Shown here in pieces: positions 19,302-26,117 of a stretch of DNA of 32,000 bases. The translations under genes were made by a program, and so were the position numbers. The stretch is from an uncultured Bacilli bacterium. Lineage in GTDB: Bacteria; Bacillota_I; Bacilli_A; RF39; UBA660. The stretch is taken from NCBI GenBank assembly GCA_944329425.1, contig CALVIG010000004.1, forward strand, positions 59,323 through 91,322, written 5' to 3'. The first letter of the stretch is position 1. Each line of letters begins with the position of its first letter. The notes beneath the pieces are model-generated. The model ran no database searches. It was not told the origin of the DNA and was given only the letters and a program-made list of their open reading frames with translations.

Positions 19302-19315
19302 TTCAAAATTTTGAA
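19302..19315. promoter_or_regulatory. 14-bp perfect palindrome TTCAAAATTTTGAA upstream of intact uvrB (candidate operator; contains a TTGAAA -35-like hexamer on the minus strand)
   Basis: Read directly from the sequence. Lies 47-60 nt upstream of the uvrB ATG. Confidence 0.3.
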
Positions 19316-19343
19316 GTTTGGCTGATACGTGCCGAAAACACTA

Positions 19344-19368
19344 AAATACGCCTCTCGGCCACAAATTT
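19344..19368 (+). repeat. left copy of the island-flanking direct repeat AAATACGCCTCTCGGCCACAAATTT
   Basis: 23/25 identical to 23644..23668. Preceded by CTGATACG and followed by TAAATAACACTAAT (19371..19384), which recurs inverted at 23680..23693. Confidence 0.7.
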
Positions 19369-19548
19369 AATAAATAACACTAATTAACATGAAATAAACC
19401 TTATTAATCTATTCTAACACTTATTTTATAAGGAATCAACAAGGTTTACTAATTTTGATTTAGACGATTTTTAGGCTGTTTTTATATATCTCTTCGCAAT
19501 CAAATTCGTATCCAACTTTTATCTTGTCGTTAAAATAATAATTTCACC

Positions 19549-19581
19549 TCAAAAAAAATGCAAAATATCAAATTGCATTTT
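19549..19581 (-). terminator. rho-independent terminator closing the island operon
   Basis: aaaatgcaa (19555..19563) pairs with ttgcatttt (19573..19581) across a 9-nt loop, followed by T8 on the minus strand. Confidence 0.65.
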
Positions 19582-19606
19582 TCTTATATATTAATTATGA
19601 TAATAT

Positions 19607-20164
19607 TCATTCATTAACAGAACATTCTTCACATTCAGAAGTTTTTAGAGAACATCTCATATATAATTGATTACCACGAAAAGCTGTTTGCCCTTCAAAA
19701 TAGACATAACCATTTTTTACATCTTTAATCTTTGTACCATACATTACAACTTTTTCTGACAAATCTTTTTTCTTTGTATTACCTCCATCTAATGTATACT
19801 CATACACAACTGAACCGAATAATCTAGTAATATATAACTTATCTACAGAAAAATAATTTTGATCTTCAAATTTATAATCGTCTGGACCTGAAGAGTCAAA
19901 CTCATCAAGTTTAATATAATCATTATCAGAAACTTTATAAAACAACCCATTTATCGCTACTTCACTACCTTCTGGAGTAATATCAGTAACCACATAAGTT
20001 TCTTCTTGTTTTGTCTTATCATTTACAATTTGATAACTCATAGTTTTTGTATCTCTATCATTCAAATCATAATGTTCAAAATTTTCATATTCATTATTAC
20101 TCTTATCAAAAATACAGCCACAAACACAAACAGTTAAAATAAAAATTAATAATATTCTTTTCAT
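19607..20164 (-). CDS. putative lipoprotein (185 aa from the ATG at 20164)
   Basis: MKRILLIFILTVCVCGC is a signal peptide with a lipobox-like VCGC. GAGG RBS 6 nt upstream of the ATG. No recognisable domain; the C-terminus is Cys-rich. Confidence 0.6.
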   Translation of the reverse strand: MKRILLIFILTVCVCGCIFDKSNNEYENFEHYDLNDRDTKTMSYQIVNDKTKQEETYVVTDITPEGSEVAINGLFYKVSDNDYIKLDEFDSSGPDDYKFEDQNYFSVDKLYITRLFGSVVYEYTLDGGNTKKKDLSEKVVMYGTKIKDVKNGYVYFEGQTAFRGNQLYMRCSLKTSECEECSVNE

Positions 20165-20187
20165 ACTTAACCTCACTTAATATTTAT

Positions 20188-20466
20188 TTAATAATATAAT
20201 TCTTTTGGAACATCTTTTTCTTCTATATATTTAACCGTTGATAAATCTAAACTTATTCTTGCATAAAATTCATCTGCAACATAAGTATATTGATAATAAA
20301 TAAAACCATTACAAAATCCTAAAACTCTATTCATTCTTCCTGGAGTACCATTAAATAATGACGAACTATTGTGATCTATTATTTTTCCGGTAGACAAATC
20401 GTATGATTTAACATCAAAGTTTAATATATATAATAGAATCAAGTTGTTTAACTTACTTCCAATCAT
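20188..20466 (-). CDS. small hypothetical protein (92 aa from the ATG at 20466; the ORF track extends to a TTG at 20505); possibly a gene fragment
   Basis: ORF only, with no convincing RBS. The sequence is beta-strand-rich (GFCNGFIYYQYTYVADEFYARISLDL). Confidence 0.35.
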   Translation of the reverse strand: MIGSKLNNLILLYILNFDVKSYDLSTGKIIDHNSSSLFNGTPGRMNRVLGFCNGFIYYQYTYVADEFYARISLDLSTVKYIEEKDVPKELYY

Positions 20467-20534
20467 GGATAGATACCATTTATACAGATTTTCTTGTGCT
20501 CTCAAAACTCGTAAAAATCACAAGGCTTACTTTT

Positions 20535-20933
20535 TTATTTTTTATTTAAATCAATTTTTATTTCCTCTAATATATGGCCTATATTTCCTTCCCCCGCATA
20601 TTTGCTCATATCAAAGAAGTCATCACTAGCACTCACCCATTCTAATTTATTAACCTCTTCAACCAACTGGACATCCTTATTCAATATTCCATAATATACT
20701 TCTAATTCTTTATTCCATTTAACATAAACAATGTCCATAAAGTAAGTTAAATCAATATCACTTTTATGAATATTAGTTTCTTCTTCCAACTCTCTATAAG
20801 CCTCATTTAGGCCATCGTCAGGAACCTCTATTTTTCCACCAACCAAATTATACATACCTTTATATGGTTCTTTTGTTCTTTTACACATCAAAGTTTTACT
20901 CAAATCTTTGTTAAAAACTACTATTACGTTCAT
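20535..20933 (-). CDS. Nudix hydrolase (ATG at 20933; the ORF-track TTG is at 20942)
   Basis: Nudix box at 20769..20837: GKIEVPDDGLNEAYRELEEETNI, i.e. G-x5-D-x7-REL-x-EE-x-N-I, slightly degenerate relative to GX5EX7REUXEEXGU. Confidence 0.75.
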   Translation of the reverse strand: MNVIVVFNKDLSKTLMCKRTKEPYKGMYNLVGGKIEVPDDGLNEAYRELEEETNIHKSDIDLTYFMDIVYVKWNKELEVYYGILNKDVQLVEEVNKLEWVSASDDFFDMSKYAGEGNIGHILEEIKIDLNKK

Positions 20934-20996
20934 CTTTTTCAAGTTTAATCAACTCATGTACATTTTAACATAAAAACATGACAAAATTAACTATGT

Positions 20997-22847
20997 TTAC
21001 TTAATAACTTTAATTATTTCATTTTTCAAATGTTCTCTTAACGGCTCGTCATCACAGTATATATAGCAACCTTTGATACCTCTAGTCAACAAAACTCTAT
21101 ACGTATTTTTAATTAAAGTGTCAGCAATATTATCAGCCTTTTTATAATTTTGCTTATATAACTTTTTTATACCCTTAAATGACGGATCAGCTGATCCGTG
21201 ACCAAAAAAATCACTTACTACTTTCCCATCGCGATATTTCAAATCACTTCCTATTATTACTCCTACATAATCAAACTCTAACCCTTGTACAGAATGAATA
21301 CATCCCGCTTCATTTATTGAATCATCAATTGCGAATGTTTGACCTTGACCTAAATTCCAACTCATCTCAAAGTCTTTTATAACAATATCATGAAAATCAG
21401 GATTATTGATTTCCTTTTTATTCCAATTCCAACAATATCCAGCTACGACTCTCGATAAATCAGTTTTATTTTTTTCTTTTATTAATCTAACAAGTTCTTG
21501 AGGACTATCAATAATTTTTAAATCATAATTAATATTTGCACCATTATACAAATCATTTATTCCCAAAAGATAATCAACAAAATTGATATAATCATTAGAA
21601 TTATTGCACCTGAATTGAGATTCAAGATTTAGAATATGAACTTTCGAATTTAAATCTTGAGAAAATTTTTTAATATTTTCTATTGTTCCAATATCATTAA
21701 AATGAACTCTTTGATTTTCATCTATAAAGAAAACAGAAGTCTTTGAAGAATTTATAATCTCTTTAATTTGGTTTTCGCCATAATTATTAAACAAACCGGA
21801 TTTTTCAGTCAAACAATGTGCCTCATCAACAAGTAAAACATCAAAAATATTTTTATCTGTTTCGGTATAGCTCCCTGACGATTTAAACAGATTATCAATA
21901 CTACTTTTTTTCATATTTCCCTTTAACTTAAATGAATATATTACACGCGGAGCAGTATTTCTAGAAACATATTGGCATAATTTTCTTTTATTAATAAAAT
22001 AATTCAATAAATTAATAGCAATTACAGATTTTCCGGTTCCAGGATTTCCTTTGACAATAATAGTACTTTTTTCTTCGCTTTCTTCTGCCAATACTATTTT
22101 ACTAAAAGCCTCCATTTGTTCATCGATCAGCGTAAAATAATCATTATTAACTATTAAACTATTAATTTTTTCTTGTAATTTAGGAGATGGAGTCATAGTA
22201 GAATTATCGATGTTACTTATAATAACTCCATTATCTCCTTTTGATAAATTACCCTCAATATATTTTTTTAATTCTGTTTCATTATTTTTTCCGAAAATCT
22301 CAACTTCTTTATTAAACGTGTCAAACTTTTCATTCAACAAAACATCATTTTTTTCCAAATCATAATTGTGCAATAAAACCGCTAGAGAAACAGATATTTC
22401 ATTATCCTGAATATAAGTATTAAAATCTTTTAACAATTGTCCATACGACCATACCTGATAACCCGGATGCAAAACCTGTCTTAATCCGCCGTTAATAAAT
22501 GTCTCAACTAAATAATCACTACTAGGAACATCATTCACTTTTTCCCATTGTTTCAATTCAAAAACAATTAATTTTTCCTTATTGTTTTTATCATAGCCTG
22601 ATAATATCAAGTCAATCCGATTAGAAGTCATTGGCAAGTTATATTCAAGTGTAATAGCACAATTTTCATCTAAATTACATTCATTAAGAATTTTTGAAAA
22701 ATAGTTTAATGAGGAATTCCATGATTCAATCTCTGATTTTCCAGAGAATTTAAACATTTTTTTCTTTATCAAATCATTTAAGATTTTAGATATTCCAAAA
22801 CTAATGTCTCTGTTAAACTCTTTTATATTCTTACTATATATAATCAT
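20997..22847 (-). CDS. DUF2075-type protein: N-terminal PD-(D/E)xK-like nuclease module plus P-loop NTPase plus UvrD_C-like helicase C-terminal module
   Basis: ATG at 22847 with an AGGTGG RBS. Nuclease-like motif E..LP....RIDLIL (D at 22611..22613) and IVFELKQW (E-x-K at 22551..22559). Walker A GNPGTGKS (22026..22049). Walker B LLVDEAH (21816..21827). IHSVQGLEFDYVGVIIG (21270..21299). Confidence 0.75.
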   Translation of the reverse strand: MIIYSKNIKEFNRDISFGISKILNDLIKKKMFKFSGKSEIESWNSSLNYFSKILNECNLDENCAITLEYNLPMTSNRIDLILSGYDKNNKEKLIVFELKQWEKVNDVPSSDYLVETFINGGLRQVLHPGYQVWSYGQLLKDFNTYIQDNEISVSLAVLLHNYDLEKNDVLLNEKFDTFNKEVEIFGKNNETELKKYIEGNLSKGDNGVIISNIDNSTMTPSPKLQEKINSLIVNNDYFTLIDEQMEAFSKIVLAEESEEKSTIIVKGNPGTGKSVIAINLLNYFINKRKLCQYVSRNTAPRVIYSFKLKGNMKKSSIDNLFKSSGSYTETDKNIFDVLLVDEAHCLTEKSGLFNNYGENQIKEIINSSKTSVFFIDENQRVHFNDIGTIENIKKFSQDLNSKVHILNLESQFRCNNSNDYINFVDYLLGINDLYNGANINYDLKIIDSPQELVRLIKEKNKTDLSRVVAGYCWNWNKKEINNPDFHDIVIKDFEMSWNLGQGQTFAIDDSINEAGCIHSVQGLEFDYVGVIIGSDLKYRDGKVVSDFFGHGSADPSFKGIKKLYKQNYKKADNIADTLIKNTYRVLLTRGIKGCYIYCDDEPLREHLKNEIIKVIK

Positions 22848-22849
22848 AT

Positions 22850-23476
22850 TTACCACCTGTTTAAAATTTTATTTTTATCAACACAGTTATACGTCAAATA
22901 TTCACCAGTTATAAATTTACTATCATTAAAGCGTTTCATTACAACATCATTAAATTCTAAGCTCCAATCCTCATCCGAATAATTAAGGATTTTTTGATAA
23001 GTACCTATACTTTTCAAATAATTCAAATACATTTCATAAGTATTAAACGTCATTAAAAAATTATTTCTAGAAGCAGACATTGCATAAAGTCCAGCCTCGC
23101 TTACTATTTCGTCCGTCTGTTCTATACTATACCTTCCATTCAATTCGTCATCCATAAATGTTTCTTTTAAATAATTATTTCCTGGTACTGAAAATAAAAT
23201 TCTACCATCACTAGACAATAAATTTTTAGCTTTCCTTAAAGATTCAATGGGATCAGCCATATGATGCAATACATAACTAAATATTATTATATCAAATTTA
23301 CTATCAGAATCATACTTCATAAAATCTTTATTCATAAATATCGCTTTATTGTGGTTGATTTTTTCAAAACTTTTTTATGTTTTTTAATAATTAGGAATAG
23401 CATAACCATATATATACTTACTGTTTATAGAGTATTTCTTTTGTTTGAATTTATCTCTTGAATTACCCTCAAACAT
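22850..23476 (-). pseudogene. decayed class I SAM-dependent methyltransferase (Methyltransf_11/25-like)
   Basis: The 161-aa ORF (22850..23335) retains the post-motif-I part (FDIIIFSYVLHHMADPIESLRKAKNLLSSDGRILFSVPG) but has no GxGxG motif and no RBS. An in-frame upstream ATG at 23476 (MFEGNSRDKF...) is cut by two TAA stops (23384..23386 and 23375..23377). Confidence 0.6.
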
Positions 23477-23643
23477 ATATACATCTCATACCTCTTTTCA
23501 ATCTTTTTGGAAAAGAAAAAACATATAAAAAATTACATGTTATTGGAAATATAATTTAAACACCTGGATACGTTTTATACATAGCCGGTATCATATAAAT
23601 ATTTTAATTAATTAACAAACATATCTAATAACTGGATACGAAT

Positions 23644-23668
23644 AAATACGCCTGTCGGCCATAAATTT
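23644..23668 (+). repeat. right copy of the island-flanking direct repeat AAATACGCCTGTCGGCCATAAATTT
   Basis: 23/25 identical to 19344..19368. CTGGATACG occurs at 23632..23640 and again at 23564..23572. Confidence 0.7.
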
Positions 23669-23715
23669 CTTTTTTAACTATTAGTGTTATTTAAGTTTAA
23701 TTAAGTATTTCAACG

Positions 23716-24027
23716 TTATTTGATAACACTAAATAATAATGATTTCAATAGGTTATCATAATAAGATACAAAGTAACATACATGATTATTAGGAAATAGT
23801 TCTTTTAGTTCACTATAAAGTTGCCCCGCAAGCGTTTTATTATGAGCTAAAACAAGGGTAGGTTTATTAACTTTTTTAATAACATTTGCAATCGTAAACG
23901 TTTTTCCGGTTCCGGTGGCGCCTAACAAAACCTGATATTTTTTCTTTTCTTCAATTCCTTCAGCCAGCTTTTCTATAGCTTCTGGTTGATCACCAGACGG
24001 TTTAAAATTAGATACTAAATCAAACAT
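23716..24027 (-). pseudogene. uvrB: truncated uvrB 5' fragment (codons 1-91 plus a 12-codon unrelated tail)
   Basis: [18 protein letters not shown]...GATGTGKT...CYFVSYYD matches intact UvrB at 81/91 residues. Homology stops at 23755, then [12 protein letters not shown] and a stop. Confidence 0.9.
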
Positions 24028-24058
24028 AATATCACCTTTATAATTTTATTATTGTTTT

Positions 24059-24067
24059 ATTATATCA
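24059..24067 (-). promoter_or_regulatory. extended -10 (TGATATAAT) of the displaced uvrB promoter
   Basis: The reverse complement of attatatca reads TGATATAAT. An AAAGGTGAT RBS lies at 24031..24039 and the ATG at 24025..24027. Confidence 0.5.
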
Positions 24068-24075
24068 TACATAAT

Positions 24076-24102
24076 AAAAAAACATAAGTATGCTACTTAT
24101 GT
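24076..24102 (-). terminator. rho-independent terminator of the pilin-like gene
   Basis: acataagta (24082..24090) pairs with tacttatgt (24094..24102) across a 3-nt loop, followed by T7 on the minus strand. Confidence 0.7.
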
Positions 24103-24924
24103 TTAATTACAGTTGTTTTCTCTTGTTATTTGATTAATAGAGCATAATCCAACACCAGCATTTTTAACTATTCCACAATCAAGGTCATTAACTATACCGT
24201 CAAAATTCACGTCTGCTGATTTTAAATATGCACTACTTAGTTTATTTGCCCCAGAAGCTTGTAACTCAACTGCTGAAGTATCAAAGGAATCAATTACTCC
24301 ATCTCCATTTACATCTCCAAAGCCAACAAATTGATATTCTTTATATATTTCACCAGTTGAATCTTTTAAAATAATCTTACTTCCGGTAGCATAAATACCA
24401 TTTTTATTTTTTTCAAAACTAAGTGAACCATTTGATACTTTAAAATAAGAAGAAAAATCTGAATAGTATAATTTATTATCTATCGAATATATTAATCCAT
24501 TAGCATTATCTATAACCCCATTTTCACCTTTTAAGGTTAATGTCGGCACCTTTGATTTTTCTTCTGCGGTTATTTTGGTTCCTGATATCGCATACTTATC
24601 ATTACTAATGTCAAGATAATATGAATAACTTCCATCTGCTTCTTCTTTAACGGTTACCGTCCCTGAAACTTCTTCTTTATTATCTATATCCAAATCTTTT
24701 ACATCAACCACTTTTGGTAAGTTGTCATATTTTTCTGGCATTGATACCATTTCTAATTCAACCGCTTTAACAATGCTTTTAGCGGTTGTTTCAAACGCTG
24801 ACTTTTCAGATTTTTTTATTGCTTTATTTACTTGTTGAGTTGCAATAACCATTATAATTGCTAAAACCACAATTACTGCTAAAAGCTCTATCAAAGTAAA
24901 TCCATAAATATTTTTATTTTTCAT
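24103..24924 (-). CDS. type IV pilin/pseudopilin-like protein with a C-terminal dockerin-type module
   Basis: Prepilin class III signal MKNKNIYG|FTLIELLAVIVVLAIIM. C-terminal duplicated Ca-binding loops GDVNGDGVIDSFD and ADVNFDGIVNDLD (24148..24318). Confidence 0.75.
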   Translation of the reverse strand: MKNKNIYGFTLIELLAVIVVLAIIMVIATQQVNKAIKKSEKSAFETTAKSIVKAVELEMVSMPEKYDNLPKVVDVKDLDIDNKEEVSGTVTVKEEADGSYSYYLDISNDKYAISGTKITAEEKSKVPTLTLKGENGVIDNANGLIYSIDNKLYYSDFSSYFKVSNGSLSFEKNKNGIYATGSKIILKDSTGEIYKEYQFVGFGDVNGDGVIDSFDTSAVELQASGANKLSSAYLKSADVNFDGIVNDLDCGIVKNAGVGLCSINQITRENNCN

Positions 24925-24947
24925 ACACTCTCCATTAAATTAATAAA

Positions 24948-26117
24948 TTATCTATTTGACCAACTTTTTGATCCTGATGGGAATATAATTACATCCCTTG
25001 GATTGATTGCGTGACTACCGAAGCTATTAGAACCATAATAATTATAATAATCTACATACCATCTTCCGGTTGCTATACCAAGATGCAAGTGAGGTCCGGT
25101 TGAATTACCAGTATTACCTGATTTACCAATTACCGTATTTTTAGTTACTACATCTCCTTTTTTTACGTTTATCGCTGATAAATGACAATAATAAGAAGTA
25201 TAATACTTTCCGTTTACTTTGTGGTGTACAATTATTTGATTACCACCGCCTTTATTACTATATATCACTTTCATAACCGTTCCAGACGCTACTGAGTAAA
25301 CCGGAGTTCCAATTCCCACTCCTATATCAACCGCATAATGGTATGAACCAAATGAAGGCCTATATCCAAAGTTACTGGTTATGCGTCCAGTTGCCGTTGG
25401 TCTATAAAACGTAGAACCTGAAGGTATAACTTGAACCCTATTTGCACACTGAGTCAACGTTTCATTTGATTTACAACCCAACTTTTTAAAATCTGCTAAA
25501 GTATTTTTCATTTCTTTTATTGATTCTGATAAAGAATGTCCTTCTTCACTAAGGCTTGATTTGGTTTTATTTAATTCTGCAAGCTGAACTGAAAGATCGG
25601 TTTGTAACTTTGATAATTCTTTCTTTTTATTATCTAAATCCTCTTTAATCTTTTCGTTTTCTTTTATCATTTCGTTCATTTGTTTTATGGATTTTTTATT
25701 ATAATTTGAAATTTGTTCTGTTATTGATAAACGATATATTAAATCAGTTATTGATTCAGCTCCCATAATGTATTCTAACATTGATGAGCCACTGGTTGAA
25801 ACTTGATAATATCTCATTAAATCCTCTATTTGCTTGTTTTTTTCTACGATGTCTTTTTCTAGCTGTTCACTTTCTTTTGTTTTGTTATCTATCTCAGTAG
25901 TAATATTTGCCATTTGTGAATATATGTTATTTATTTTTTGCTGAGTATTATTTATTTCTGTTTGGTTTTGATTTTGTTGTTGTTGGTTTTCGTTTAATTC
26001 TTGTTGTTTCTTATTTAATTCTTTTTCTAATTCTCCTAGCGTTTGGGCTTTAACCCCCATTAATGGCATAACTAACGCTATAGTTATTAAAATAAATAAT
26101 GTTATCTTCTTTTTCAT
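24948..26117 (-). CDS. M23 family metallopeptidase with an N-terminal coiled coil (PcsB/EnvC-like FtsEX partner)
   Basis: Signal peptide, long coiled coil, and LytM motifs HYAVDIG and HLHLG. The start overlaps the ftsX stop (TAATG). Confidence 0.85.
   Translation of the reverse strand: MKKKITLFILITIALVMPLMGVKAQTLGELEKELNKKQQELNENQQQQNQNQTEINNTQQKINNIYSQMANITTEIDNKTKESEQLEKDIVEKNKQIEDLMRYYQVSTSGSSMLEYIMGAESITDLIYRLSITEQISNYNKKSIKQMNEMIKENEKIKEDLDNKKKELSKLQTDLSVQLAELNKTKSSLSEEGHSLSESIKEMKNTLADFKKLGCKSNETLTQCANRVQVIPSGSTFYRPTATGRITSNFGYRPSFGSYHYAVDIGVGIGTPVYSVASGTVMKVIYSNKGGGNQIIVHHKVNGKYYTSYYCHLSAINVKKGDVVTKNTVIGKSGNTGNSTGPHLHLGIATGRWYVDYYNYYGSNSFGSHAINPRDVIIFPSGSKSWSNR

Larger units (their letters stand above)
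19256..23754 (-). mobile_element. putative recombinase-less genomic island / accessory cassette inserted in the 5' region of uvrB
   Basis: Bracketed by the intact uvrB start (19255) and a diverged copy of uvrB codons 1-91 (23755..24027). Imperfect 25-bp direct repeats at 19344..19368 and 23644..23668. The cargo is unrelated to the housekeeping backbone. Confidence 0.55.

Noticed and set aside
19256-19343. LexA/Cheo box (GAAC-N4-GTTC) upstream of uvrB; also checked upstream of the uvrB' fragment (24028..24075) and of the MTase-uvrA unit (17182..17262)
   Set aside because: No GAAC-N4-GTTC-like sequence is visible in any of the three regions, so SOS control cannot be asserted from the sequence.
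19331-19362. tRNA-like fragment: minus-strand GTGGCCGAGAGGC inside the direct repeat resembles a class II tRNA D-arm
   Set aside because: No acceptor stem, anticodon arm or T-arm can be drawn. The second repeat copy lacks the pairing partner (the tcggc/gccga hairpin exists only in the left copy). I treat it as an att-like or dispersed repeat, not a tRNA.
19460-19543. Startless 27-codon minus-strand ORF (NYYFNDKIKVGYEFDCEEIYKNSLKIV) in the uvrB-island spacer
   Set aside because: It has no start codon or RBS, and an in-frame TGA lies immediately upstream. It is too short to distinguish from chance; at most it is a gene remnant.
23681-23732. Inverted repeat TTAGTGTTAT...ATAACACTAA as a terminator of the uvrB' fragment
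   Set aside because: It has a 10-bp AT-rich stem with a 32-nt loop and no following T-run on the minus strand. It is unlikely to be an efficient intrinsic terminator and is more likely part of the island-end repeat structure.
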